Source: Ostreococcus lucimarinus | Lineage: Eukaryota | Assembly: GCA_000092065.1 (NCBI GenBank) | Contig: CP000586.1 | Length of the DNA stretch: 64,000 nucleotides | Strand: one strand, 5' to 3' | Shown here: piece after piece, positions 19,661-30,900 of the stretch | How positions within the stretch are numbered: the stretch's first letter is position 1 | How the letters are laid out: every line of letters begins with the position of its first letter | Program-made: the position numbers and the translations under genes | The notes under the pieces: model-generated | What the model was told of the DNA's origin: nothing | Seen by the model: only the letters and a program-made list of their open reading frames with translations | The model's database searches: none

Positions 19661-21826
19661 ATTCAAAACGCCGCGACACTGGCTTTTGCGTCGCTCTTGA
19701 CCAAAGTGTGTGGTTACATGAACACCGTGACGCGCGCGCGCCATTTCACCGCTGACGGTCGTCACGAGGTGAAATTCGTCGAGTTTTTCCAAAGGTTCCC
19801 AACACTCATGACGTATTTGGGCGCCGAACTCGAAAAGGCAACGAGCCTGTCGTGTTTGGAGACGTCACTCGACGTCCATCCGAGCTTGTATCCAATACTA
19901 GCTCTACTCTCTCGATTGAGACCGAGCTTGGACAAAGACAAGAGCGCGTACACCGATGGTAAATGTGGCGACGACTTCTTCGTTCCGCTCGTGCGATGCA
20001 TGTCGGGTAGATATCTCGCCGTGCGCACCGCCGCGGCGCGCGCTATGGTGCCCATTCTACCGTCCACGCGTTTGTGCGAGTACATCGACAAGATATTCAC
20101 CTTCGAGCTCGTCGATAAAGTAAACCTCAACGCCATTCACGGAGCGTTGCTGTGTTTCCTCGAAGTCATCAACGAAGTCCGACGGTCAGCGTTCTCTGAT
20201 GACGTGTGCTGGGCGGCATTCTCCGCCGACGCGTCCCGGCGCTTAGTCGCATTCGCCGAGTGTGCCGTCGGAGCGCCGTGTCCGATGATTTCTGCGACAT
20301 GGCTGAGATGTGCTGAAGCCATTGTCGCGATTGAAAACTCAAAGCGCAAGTGCGCGCGCTCAAATTGCGCGTGCCGAACAACGGGGGATGAAAACGCGAT
20401 CGGTGAAATGTTGCGAATGATTTGGCAGTGTGCCGCACCAGTACTATCGGCAAACGCGGAAGGTCATCCAGGGGCATCTGAGTGGCATAGAACAGCGGCA
20501 GGAGCGCGAGTACGACTCACATTAGGATTCGATTCTTGGCTCGTGCCGCTGAATGATGGCCTTTGCGCGAATTTGGACACGGGCGACGCCTTGACGGCGT
20601 TGCTCGATACTATCAGTCAAGACTTGCCGTATGAATACCGCGCTGAGGCGTACAAAACCATGTTCAAAACACCCATTACGAAAGATACGAAAGTTTTGAG
20701 CGATAAGTTGCGTCATTTCGCCGCGGAAAATCTCGCGACAGAGTCGCGACACACGTGCGCACGTCGCGCGCTTCAGTGCATCGATTTGTGGACGGCAAGC
20801 AGCGATGCGAATGTCTCGTCGACCGTTTTTACCGCCGTCGAAAGCATTACATTTTCGAGCATAAACGAGCGCGTGCGATCGGAAGGCATGCGATGTCTTG
20901 CGGTGCTGTACAAGCGTCGCATTGCCCAACAAAACGGTTCGTTGAATATTGACGATTTCAAGTCGTTGGACAAGTTTACGCGTGCTTTGTCCATTGGATC
21001 TGCACCTGCGCAGTCCGCGGAGACTCGTCGCGCCGCTGTCGACGCACTCGCTCGAGGGGATCTGTTGCTATACCTCAATCTTGAGAACGTTAAACGACAG
21101 GAGTCGAGTCACGACTTTCCGGCACAAGTGGCGTTGTCGACATGGAAATGCGCGTTGACGCTCGTCGAAGACGAGGATGTTGAAATCCGCGCGAAGGCAT
21201 CCATCGCCATCTCTCGCGCAGTGGCCCCGACGGTACCTAGCGCTCATAGTGAAGAAAGTCTTTGCGACGCTTTCGCACACATGCACTCCAACTTTGCCGG
21301 CCTCAGAGAATTCGATGATTACTGCGTCCAACTCGCTCGCGGTTTGGCGCACGACGAGGCTAGCTTTGCGAGTGTCATTTCCAACGCCACGAGTGTTCGT
21401 CGGCTCTTCGATAAGGAAGCAGATAATATACACGCCGAACCTCTGTTGTTGGCGCAGATCGCTGCGACTCACGCTTCGCAGACGCTCGATGTTGAACGCG
21501 CGAGGGAGGGTCTCAGAGACGTCACCGAGCGAATCGAATGCATGTTGCGCGCGCTGCGAGCGTCTCCCGAAGACGTGTGGGTGGGCGGCATCGCGGGGCA
21601 CGAGGCCTGTTTCTTACCAATCAGCAACGCGATTCTCGGTGCGAGCGTGTTTGCAAAAGCGCTTGAGCGCCAAAACCTTCCCAGTGGTGAATCGTTCCGC
21701 GAGACGATGCGCTCGGCGAGCGCGGCGATACCTCAGCTGCGATTATTCGTAAACGGCGGACTCGACATGTACGACCACGTGTATCTCATGAAGCATCGCT
21801 TGTGGCACCTCGGCGCAATCTCCTAA
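19661..21826 (+). CDS. THADA: THADA homolog, exon 4 (C-terminal).
   Basis: Acceptor ctaTAG|A (19658-60) with a CTGAC branch about 25 nt upstream. The frame is continuous to the stop at 21826. The spliced product is about 1,930 aa, typical of THADA. Confidence 0.55.
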   Translation: MQNAATLAFASLLTKVCGYMNTVTRARHFTADGRHEVKFVEFFQRFPTLMTYLGAELEKATSLSCLETSLDVHPSLYPILALLSRLRPSLDKDKSAYTDGKCGDDFFVPLVRCMSGRYLAVRTAAARAMVPILPSTRLCEYIDKIFTFELVDKVNLNAIHGALLCFLEVINEVRRSAFSDDVCWAAFSADASRRLVAFAECAVGAPCPMISATWLRCAEAIVAIENSKRKCARSNCACRTTGDENAIGEMLRMIWQCAAPVLSANAEGHPGASEWHRTAAGARVRLTLGFDSWLVPLNDGLCANLDTGDALTALLDTISQDLPYEYRAEAYKTMFKTPITKDTKVLSDKLRHFAAENLATESRHTCARRALQCIDLWTASSDANVSSTVFTAVESITFSSINERVRSEGMRCLAVLYKRRIAQQNGSLNIDDFKSLDKFTRALSIGSAPAQSAETRRAAVDALARGDLLLYLNLENVKRQESSHDFPAQVALSTWKCALTLVEDEDVEIRAKASIAISRAVAPTVPSAHSEESLCDAFAHMHSNFAGLREFDDYCVQLARGLAHDEASFASVISNATSVRRLFDKEADNIHAEPLLLAQIAATHASQTLDVERAREGLRDVTERIECMLRALRASPEDVWVGGIAGHEACFLPISNAILGASVFAKALERQNLPSGESFRETMRSASAAIPQLRLFVNGGLDMYDHVYLMKHRLWHLGAIS

Positions 21827-21886
21827 AAATACTGTAGCTGAGCATAGATATTGAATAATAGACAATAGATCCCTAGAAGTGCGGAG

Positions 21887-23044
21887 CTAGCGTTTGGACG
21901 GGTTGATGACGCGACGAATGGTGAGGAATTGCAACGCGTCGACGTAAGCTTGCGAGTTGTGATCACCGATCGTTTGCCACGCCGTGAGCGGCGACTGTGT
22001 GATGTCGTCTAAATTCATCCGAAGCTTCGTCAAGACGTCGTCGCCGCCGTACCGACTCAACGTCGGTTTTCCTTGCTCGCCGTCGGCGTACTCGAGCCAA
22101 TACAAATCGCCGATGGATTCGTACAAGAATCTATTCTTTGTGAACATCCCTTCCCCGAACGTCTCGCGGCGCCAATCGAGTAAACCGCCTATAAAATCGG
22201 TTTTCGTCGCCGCGACGAACACGGGATCGGCAGAGAGCCACATCCTTGGAATGACGTCTTTCGCCAACACGTACTGCTTCACCAAGGACGCGCCGCGCGT
22301 GAATCCGACGAGCCGCAAAATCTCATCCATGCCAACCTCTGGCTCGTCGTCGATCGACGAACCGGGACCGTTTCCGGCCAATCGATCGTACGCCAACACC
22401 GGCGGCGCACCGAACGTGTACACCCCTCCCACTCTCGCCTCTTCCAATCCCAACTCTCTCGCCCTCGCGGCGACGACGAGTCCCATCGACCCGCCGAGCG
22501 AGTGCCCGGTGAAATAATACGTCCCATCGAACGTCTCATCGCTCAACCAGGGCACCAGGTCCCTCCAAAACTCCTCCACCATCTCGTACACCCCTTGATG
22601 ACACACCACCGGCGTTTTTCGATCCTTTCGCAACGCTTGCGGCCATATCTTCGCGATTTGCCACGACAACTTATTCCTATCCGTATCCGGCTGGCTCCAC
22701 GCCGCGCCCCTGACGACGATGAATCGCGCGTTCCTTTCGACGTCGTCGCAAACGCACCAACCGGTCGCTCCGGTGACGCCTCTCGCCTTGGTCTGTAAAC
22801 CGTCGTCCGCCATCCACGACTCGACGCCGCCGCCCTTGTACACGAAGTTCGCCATGCGCGCGCACTTCGTCGCGAGCACGCAGTCGTCCTCCTCGTCCTT
22901 CGCCGCCGCCGCCGACGACGACGCGTCCGACGACGACGTCGCGCGCGTCGACGCCGTCTTCATCTTCATCTTCATCTTCATCTTCGTCTTCATCCTCGTC
23001 GTCGTCGCCGTCGCCGTCGCGCCGCGATTCGCGCGCGTCGTCAT
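21887..23044 (-). CDS. Class-3 (fungal-type) lipase / alpha-beta hydrolase; N-terminus contains an (MK)n repeat.
   Basis: Nucleophile elbow '[12 protein letters not shown]' within a Lipase_3 context ('[14 protein letters not shown]...'). The track ORF extends to 23452, but that overlaps NAA10; I take the ATG at 23044 (MTTRANRG...). Other candidates are 22993 and 22855. Confidence 0.7.
   Translation of the reverse strand: MTTRANRGATATATTTRMKTKMKMKMKMKTASTRATSSSDASSSAAAAKDEEDDCVLATKCARMANFVYKGGGVESWMADDGLQTKARGVTGATGWCVCDDVERNARFIVVRGAAWSQPDTDRNKLSWQIAKIWPQALRKDRKTPVVCHQGVYEMVEEFWRDLVPWLSDETFDGTYYFTGHSLGGSMGLVVAARARELGLEEARVGGVYTFGAPPVLAYDRLAGNGPGSSIDDEPEVGMDEILRLVGFTRGASLVKQYVLAKDVIPRMWLSADPVFVAATKTDFIGGLLDWRRETFGEGMFTKNRFLYESIGDLYWLEYADGEQGKPTLSRYGGDDVLTKLRMNLDDITQSPLTAWQTIGDHNSQAYVDALQFLTIRRVINPSKR
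22957..23000. repeat. (CTTCAT)n hexanucleotide microsatellite (~6-7 units, imperfect).
   Basis: 'cttcatcttcatcttcatcttcatcttcgtcttcat' read directly. On the minus strand it encodes [12 protein letters not shown] in the lipase N-terminus. Confidence 0.8.
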
Positions 23045-23206
23045 ATCGCGCGTCGCGGACGTCCGTCTCGCGTCTCGCGCGCGTCGCGTCTCGCGTCTCG
23101 CGTCTCGCGTCGCGGAGTGCGGCGCGCCGGCGTCACATCGCGTCACATCGCGTCGCATCGCGTCGTCCCGGTCGCCCCGCCTCCGCAGACCGCGACGCGA
23201 GACGCG

Positions 23207-23785
23207 ATGGGCGTGTGCGTGCGCGCGGCGACGATCGATGACCTGCACGCGATGCAGCGATGCAACCTGCTGTGCCTGCCCGAAAACTATCAGCTCAAGT
23301 ACTACCTGTACCACGCCCTGGCGTGGCCGGCGCTGCTGCAAGTCGCCGACTGCGACGGCGCGATCGTCGGGTACGTCCTGGCGAAGCTGGACGAGGAGTG
23401 CGCGGATGAGATACGAGGACACATCACGTCGCTGAGCGTGCTGCGGACGCATCGGAAATTAGGATTGGCGGCGACGCTCATGCGCGCGGCGCACGCGGCG
23501 CTGGAGGAGGTGTACGACGCCAAGGACGTGAGTCTGCACGTGCGGGTGAGCAACGAGGCGGCGCTGCATCTGTATCGGGACGTGCTGCGATACGAGCGCG
23601 TGGGAGTGGAGGAGAAGTACTACGCGGACGGCGAGGACGCGTATAACATGCGAAAGACGTTTCGGGAGGGCGAGGCGAGGGCGAAGGTGGACGGCGACGG
23701 CGACGTCGAGACGCTGCGAACGCGCGTCGAGCGCATGGGCGCGGGCGCGGGACAGAAATCGAAGAAGAAGGGAACGAAACGATAG
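23207..23785 (+). CDS. NAA10: N-alpha-acetyltransferase 10 (NatA catalytic subunit, ARD1).
   Basis: '[26 protein letters not shown]...[17 protein letters not shown]...[16 protein letters not shown]...[11 protein letters not shown]' is near-collinear with human NAA10. ATG at residue 31 of the track ORF. Confidence 0.85.
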   Translation: MGVCVRAATIDDLHAMQRCNLLCLPENYQLKYYLYHALAWPALLQVADCDGAIVGYVLAKLDEECADEIRGHITSLSVLRTHRKLGLAATLMRAAHAALEEVYDAKDVSLHVRVSNEAALHLYRDVLRYERVGVEEKYYADGEDAYNMRKTFREGEARAKVDGDGDVETLRTRVERMGAGAGQKSKKKGTKR

Positions 23786-23934
23786 TTCGCGAGATTGGCG
23801 TTGTAACCGCGATCGAACGTCCAGCGCGCGCGCGTTTTCGGTGACTCGCGCGCGTTCGCGGCGGCTCGCCTCGCGCGCTCGCCGCACTTCTCAGCGCGCT
23901 CGCGAGTCGCGTCGTCGAGAATCGCGCGCGCGTC

Positions 23935-26223
23935 ATGTCTAGCGCGGCTTTCGAAGAGGTCGGGCTGTGCCCGGAGCTCATCGTCGCCGCCGATCGCGCG
24001 GGGTACGCGCTACCGACGCCCATTCAAAGCGAAGCCATTCCTCTGGCCCTGACCGGTGGGGACGTTCTCGCGAGCGCGGAAACCGGGAGCGGGAAGACGT
24101 TCGCGTTCGGTGCGCCGACGCTGCAGCTCGTGCACGAAGCGATCGATCGCGAGCGCGCGGATGCGCGCAGGAAAACGACGGAAAAGGCGCGAGACGTGGA
24201 AATTTTGGCCAACTCGGCGCGACGGCGCGGTTTGAGCGCGAACGCTCGAAGCGCGACGTGCGCGGTGGATTACGATGCGAACGTCGTGCAGAGCCGAGCG
24301 ACGCAGAGTTGGGGGGGCGTGCGGGGAAGATTCGGCGCGGACCCGCGAACGGGGGCGGAACGCGCTTTAAAGGTGTGCTTTGAAGTCGAGGCGCGCGACG
24401 AAGGGTTGGCGCGATGCGGGTACTCGAGTCGGTTCGGCGCGCTGGACGGTCTCGGCGCGGACGCGCACTCGTACGGGTACGGGGGGACGGGGAAGAAATC
24501 GCACAACAAATCGTTTGAGGATTACGGGGAGAAGTTTGGTAAGGGCGATTGCGTGGGATGCTTGCTAGATTTAGAAAACGGCGTCGTGACGTTTACGAAA
24601 AACGGCAAAGCGCTCGGCGAGGCGTTTCGATTGAGCGAACAGAGCGCGAAATGCGACGGGTTGTTCCCGGCGGTGTGCGTGAAAAACGCGGAGTGCGTCG
24701 TGCGCTTGGTGGAAAGTGAGTTCAAGTACCCGATGCCCGAAGGATACGTCGCGTTCGGATCGCTGCGAGGCTGCGACGCCGTGGACGGCGACGACGCCTC
24801 CGCCGGGGACACGCTCGAAGCGGGCGCGCGTAAGCCGCGCGCGCTGATTCTCGAACCCGCGCGCGATTTAGCCGAACAAACGCACGAGTTTTTCGTGAAC
24901 TTTGCGTCGGAGTTTCGCGATCCCACGCTCGTGCCCGGGTTGTTCATCGGCGGCGTGAAGGAGGGACCGCAGCATCAGCAATTGCGCGACGGCGTGGACA
25001 TCGTCACCGGAACGCCGATTCGCATCCTGGAGCTCGCCATGAACGGTAAGCTCGATCTCAGCGCGTGTCGTATCTTCGTCTTGGACGAGGCCGACCGCTT
25101 GCTCGACACCGGCAATCAGGCGCCGATTTTGAAGCTCTTCGAGCGCATGCCCAAGCACGCCGAGTCCTCGGCGCAGCGATTACAGGTGATGCTCTTTTCC
25201 GCCACGTTGCACTCGCCCGAGATTCGCAAACTCGCCGATTTTCTCACCGTCAACGCCACGTGGGTAGATTTGAAAGGTAAGGAGGCGGTGCCCGAGACGG
25301 TGCATCACGCCCTGGTGCTCGTGGACCCAGCAACAGAGGACGTCGAATCGCTCTCACCCGCGGCGCCGACGGATCGTCTGCACTCGCTCGCGACAAAGCT
25401 CGAGGGCGACGACGCCATGAGCGAGTCTATCAAGCGCTTGAAACCGCACATCGTGCGTAGAATCATAGATGCGCACGATATGGATCAGTGCTTGATCTTT
25501 TGTCGAACGAATTTCGATTGCGACAACTTGGAAAAGTTTCTCAACGAATGCGGCGGAGGGAAGAGATTCCGGGGGCCGTTGGTCGGCGGCGTCGAAGGAA
25601 AGTATTCGTGCTGTGTCCTCGGAGGTTCGCGCCACATGGATGAGCGGCGTCGAAACTTACAAGCGTTTAAAAATGGTGACGTGAGATTTCTGATATGCAC
25701 CGATGTCGCCGCTCGAGGGCTCGACATTAAGAACCTGCCCTACGTCATCAACCTGACGTTGCCGGATCGCAGCGAGGACTACATCCATCGCATCGGCAGA
25801 GTAGGTCGGGCGGACACGATGGGTCTGGCGATTTCCATTGTCGCCTCAAGGAACGAGCGAGTGTGGTATTGCACGAAGAAAGGCTACAAGCCGTGGTTTG
25901 AGCCGAAACCTGAAGACGTCAAGCTCACGTCTGACGGCGGACACACGATTTGGTACGACGAACCCAAACTTTTGAAGGACATCGAAAAGCGTATCGGTGC
26001 GACCGTGACGCCACTAGGGCCGAATTACGCGCTACCGGAAGCATTTGGGATGCACGGTGGCAAAGACGCGTACGGAAAGGCTCGCGATGAGAAACCAAAC
26101 GAAGAGTTGAACGCGCACTTGGAGGCGTACGCGCCGAACGTTCGCGCGTTGGCGGTTTTGGAGACGAAAGTGCAGAGCTCGTTCTGGGATCTCAAGCGCA
26201 AGTTCGCGACGCACGTAGAATAG
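23935..26223 (+). CDS. DDX1: ATP-dependent RNA helicase DDX1 (DEAD-box with inserted SPRY domain).
   Basis: Motif I 'AETGSGKT', 'VLDEADRLL', 'SAT', 'HRIGRVGRA'. SPRY insert '[22 protein letters not shown]...[20 protein letters not shown]' matches the human DDX1 '[22 protein letters not shown]'. Confidence 0.9.
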   Translation: [762 protein letters not shown]

Positions 26224-26354
26224 ATGTATCGTCTGTGTTTTCAGAATCCTTCACGCGCGCGTTCAGCGCGTAGATGTAGATGTAGAATTGTTATAGCAAA
26301 ATTGTCCTCGAGAGACGAGGCAGAACTAATGAAACTCGTTGCATGAGCTCAGGT

Positions 26355-27608
26355 CTAATCGATTGACACGGCCGAAGCCATCCCCATACCGCTGCCGATG
26401 CACATGCTGACGACACCGGTCTTCGCGCCACGTCGGTGCATCTCGTGAATCAGTGTCGCGAGACATCTCGCGCCTGTAGCGCCGAGCGGATGGCCTAACG
26501 CGATGGCGCCTCCGTTAACGTTGACTTTTTCAGAATCGAGCCCTAACTTTTCGACGCAATACGTCGCCTGCGACGCGAAGGCTTCATTTATCTCGTACAG
26601 GTCGACGTCATCGACAGTCATGTTCGCCGCACTCAGCGTCGCGGGAATCGCGATCGCGGGACCGATGCCCATGAGGGCTGGGTCACAGCCGACGGCGGCC
26701 CACGAGCGCCAAGTCGCCAAAATCGGCAAGCCGCGCGCCTCTGCGTACGATCTTCGCGCCAGAACGACGGCGGCGGCACCATCGGAAACTTGCGATGCGT
26801 TGCCCGGCGTCGTGCTGCCGCCTTTCTTGAACACAGCCGGGAGTTTTGCGAGCGATTGAACCGTTGTGCCCTCTCTGATACCGTCGTCCTCCGACACGAT
26901 GACGTTTGCGCCGCCGCCGGCGCCGGTTTTGGGATCCGGAGCGGTTTTCGTGTGAATGGGCACGATTTCAGCCTTGAATCTGCCGCTCGCGCGCGCGTTT
27001 GCCGCGCGCGCGTGGGATCGCGCCGCCATCGTATCCTGCGCCTCGCGCGTGATCCCCCACTTCTCCGCCACGTTTTCGCTCGTGATGCCCATGGGAATCA
27101 AGCAGTTTTGCGCGTCGCTCGACGACGCGATTCGCGGATTAATCCCGCCTTCCCACTTCATCGGATTTGCCGTCATCGTCTCCACTCCCGCACCGATTCC
27201 CATATCGTAGTACCCAGCCTTGATTCCCGCCGCGATGTCCGCGCACGCCTGCAACCCCGACGAGCACTGTCGATTCGTCGTTCGCACCGGCACCTCCTTC
27301 GGAAACCCCGCGAGAAACATTCCTATCCTGCACTCGTTAGCCCTTTGACTCGACGCTCCCAGCACCGATCCGACGACGATGTCCCCGACATCGTTCACAT
27401 CAATTTTCCCTCGCGCCACGCTCGCTTGCAGCACCGCGGCGATCAAGTCATCCGCCGGCGTCGCCGCCAATCCGCCTCGCTTCGCTCGCGTGATGGGCGT
27501 TCTGCACGCGCTCACGATGACGACGTCATCCGGCGATTTGGCGAATCCCTGTGCGTCGATGCGCGTCGTCAGTCGAGCGTCCCGCGGCCGTCGCGCGCAT
27601 TCATTCAT
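26355..27608 (-). CDS. 3-ketoacyl-CoA thiolase / acetyl-CoA acetyltransferase (peroxisomal KAT-like).
   Basis: 'NRQCSSGLQACADIAAGIKAGYYDMGIGAGVETM' and the C-terminal catalytic 'CIGSGMGMA'. A PTS2-like 'RLTTRIDAQ' is only an imperfect match. The start codon lies inside the (TTCA)n repeat. Confidence 0.85.
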   Translation of the reverse strand: MNECARRPRDARLTTRIDAQGFAKSPDDVVIVSACRTPITRAKRGGLAATPADDLIAAVLQASVARGKIDVNDVGDIVVGSVLGASSQRANECRIGMFLAGFPKEVPVRTTNRQCSSGLQACADIAAGIKAGYYDMGIGAGVETMTANPMKWEGGINPRIASSSDAQNCLIPMGITSENVAEKWGITREAQDTMAARSHARAANARASGRFKAEIVPIHTKTAPDPKTGAGGGANVIVSEDDGIREGTTVQSLAKLPAVFKKGGSTTPGNASQVSDGAAAVVLARRSYAEARGLPILATWRSWAAVGCDPALMGIGPAIAIPATLSAANMTVDDVDLYEINEAFASQATYCVEKLGLDSEKVNVNGGAIALGHPLGATGARCLATLIHEMHRRGAKTGVVSMCIGSGMGMASAVSID

Positions 27609-27630
27609 TCATTCATTCATTCATTCACGC
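27599..27630. repeat. (TTCA)n / (ATGA)n tetranucleotide microsatellite, ~7 units, spanning the thiolase start codon.
   Basis: 'cattcattcattcattcattcattcattcacg' read directly. Confidence 0.85.
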
Positions 27631-27964
27631 GTTCGCCGCCGTAACGACTTTTCGCGACATCTTTCGCGACGACGCGACGACGCGACGCACCGATGCGGCG
27701 CCGCGATACGACCCGAACGAGTTCGTCGCGGACGCGTTCGCGCCGACGTGGGCGGCGATGGATTTCACGCGACGGTTCGCGGCATCGACGCTCATGATCA
27801 GGATGACGAAATTTCGATCGCGCGAGGGCGAGAGTGCCGACGGGACGGGTCGGACGCGCGGGGACGACGACGACGACGACGACGCGCGAACCCGGCGCGT
27901 TCGAACGTGGCGCGTGAAATACCGATGGTGTGATTATTTAAACACGAGTGAGATCGACGTCGGA

Positions 27965-30900
27965 TCACGCGTCGATGTTTAAGACGCACGCGACGCCGCG
28001 TAAGATCCACGCGCTCGCGTGCTCGCTCGAGGCCAAGTCGGCTTGGAAGACGAGACCGCGACCCATGGCGTCGCGACGACTTTGAGTGAAGTACACGGGC
28101 GCTTTGAAAGCGTTCGTTGTCGATGAGGAGGAGGAAGAAGAGGGCATCGTGGTGCGTTCTATCGGGACGAGACGCAGGATGGGGAGCTCGCGCGCCAAGC
28201 CGCGGTCGCTTGGATGCGCCAGGACGCGGCGTTCGGCGTCCCAAATCGCGCCTTCGAGAAATAAACCCGAGATGTAACAGCCTATCTCGGGTTTGGCGTC
28301 GATTTCATCCGCGGAAACGTACGGGGTGACTTCCGTATACATCGTGCTCGCGTCTAAAGGCCAACCACGAGAGCGACACGCGGTTTGAATGAGTGCCGCG
28401 ATGTACGTTTCCGGGCAGTGTAAACCGCTGAGCCAGATGACTTTTGGTTCGCCGTCGACGGCCCACGACTTGTACTGCTTCTCCCGCGTCTTGTACCACG
28501 TCATCCAAGATTGTACGTCTTTGTCTGTCGGTGGCGCGACACTTTTCCACTCCTCCGGTAAGCGCCCGCGCGAGAGTGAATCCGCGACGGCGTCGAGTTC
28601 TCGCGACATGCCGATTTCCCCACTCAGCGCCTTGACGAGCTCTCGCAACGAGTGTCGAAGCACCAGCTTTAACGCGTTGTGACGCTCAATCTCCTGGAAG
28701 AGTACCACGGTCGTCGGCGATGGAACTTCATCTCCGCGCTGACGCTGGAGTTTTATCAAGTCAAACTCGAAATCTTCGTTCGTGACGACGTTTAAGATTT
28801 CGTTGACGATGGCGAGCAAGGCGCCGTTTCCATCGCTCGAGCCAGCGCTCTCGTCGTTCGACGAAGCCGAAATGGAGAGTTTACTCTGGAGCGATAAGAC
28901 GTTAGACCATAACGCTTTCGCTGCTCGTGTAGAGTGTGCGACGTCTGCGTTGGCGTGAAGCCCGAGTACTTCAGGTGTCTGCGCGTCTGGAAGTTCATCG
29001 ATGACGCGCGATTGCTCGTCGTACGAAGATTCCGGCGGCGGCAACTCATAACGAACTCGAGCTTCTTCGTCGGCGTAAAACATGAACTTGTGAAAGCCAT
29101 CAAATAAGAAATCGCCAAAGTACTCGTCCAGATACGCGCTCAAGATACGTCGATCGTAATGATCGCTCACGCGTCCACCGTACATGGCCTCACCTATGAG
29201 ATATTTCAACGCCGCCCACGGAATCATTCTCGAGCCGCCGCCGCCGGTGTTCACGGCGGCAACTTTGTTACAATAAGTCTTGATCAAACTGAACGAAATT
29301 CGAAAATCGGTTTCGTTGAAATCATACGCAACGTTCCATCCGAGCTTACCGTACTTTCGTCGCTCTTGCACGGCAGCGTGGAAGAAGGCCAGCACGTACG
29401 CTAAAGATCTAAAGAAAGGGTTCGCGCAACTCCCCAAGACGTCTTCGGACAATCTCGCGTACGACGCCTTCATGTTCATCTTGAGCCCGTCGGGGGGTTC
29501 TGTGACAACTTTGAGACTTTTTTGCAGAATACCGATCGGGAACGTTTTGATCGGGTCGGTGGTGAGCCACAAACGGAAGTCTTTGTGCGGGTTCGCCAAT
29601 CCGTCGACGACTTTTTCGAGCGCCGGCAGCCATTTGGGGAGAAGATGACAGTTTTGCAACATGAGCCACAAACCTCGCGAGGCGCACGTAAGAATAAGTT
29701 CCTCGGCTTTAGGTCCCATGCCTTGCCCAAGGGCCATGAACTTCAGTTTGCCTCCTGCCTTGAATCCCATCGTTTCTCCCAACGCAAAAATATCAAACGC
29801 CGGATCTGCGCCAGGGGAGAGAATGAACACCACAGGTGTCTGCGCGGAAGACAATTTAAATATGCTTTCGTAGTCTGAAATCGGAGGCGTTACGTATCTT
29901 GAACCCATGGTTTCAGTGATGTAGTTCGACACCGCCACCGTGACTCGATCTAATCGAGCGCAACGCAACAAGCATAGGCGCTCAAAACTGGACAGCGACG
30001 CCGAGTAACCATCTGGAAGCGCTACGGATTCGGGTTGTTCGCAGTCGTACCATGCGCGCCACGCATCGGCGTTGGACGTGATTCGATCGACGATTCCGTT
30101 TAGTGTTGCGCACTTGTCGTCATTAGCCGCGATGTGCTCGTCTAAATGCATTAAATCTTGCCAACCACGTTCGGACCACCATGGAAGCGGTTGCGAATCC
30201 CCGGAGGCGGCGTCAAGCGTGACGTTGCCCTTGAGGAAGAATCGTAGGAGGTTGCCATTCAATCGTCCATCACCGTCTTCGATTCTCGTAGTCATTTGAA
30301 ACGAAAGCGCGAGTTTATCGCGCTTGAACAAACCGAGACATGCAAATTTGTACACGTCGTACGTCAACCTATCCACAAGATCACTCAAGCGCTCGTCCAG
30401 TTGATCGCGCACGGGCGTGACATGAAGCGTGTTGCAGAACACATCCAAAAAGCTCGAAAGTGAGTACTCGTACATCGCGTTGAGATTAGAGAGCGCTGAA
30501 ATGACGAAGAAGAGTATCGCGCCGCGCTTTGCTACGGGAGAGTAGCACGACTGTGCCTTGTTTAACTCTTTCGCCGAACGCGCCGCCGCCACGAGCTTTT
30601 CAGAAATCTCTGTAGACTTTGTCTTCGCGCTCTCGAGTGTTTCGATGAGCTCCACGTTATCAACGATTTCACCCTGTGCGGTGGACAACTCATAAAGCAA
30701 CGTGTCTTCGAGTTTCTTCAACAGTGCTCGATTCGCGACGGTTTCCTTGACGAGTTTTTCTCGCTCTGTTTCAAGATCTGGGCGCTCTTGCTTCACCGTG
30801 ACATTCAAAAGTTGCTCTTGGAGCCCGAGCTCAGTGACAGAGTAGTTGATTATAATCGTTTTACCCGTCACATCTGGATCGTAATGGGGATTTGGAAGTT

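Noticed and set aside
22719-23435. Plus-strand 238-aa ORF containing [12 protein letters not shown].
   Set aside because: It is the opposite-strand reading of the (CTTCAT)n repeat and the lipase N-terminus. Spurious.
27540-27608. PTS2 peroxisomal targeting signal in the thiolase N-terminus (RLTTRIDAQ).
   Set aside because: It only loosely fits R[LIV]x5[HQ][LA] (the last two residues are reversed, A-Q). Left as uncertain and not annotated as a signal.
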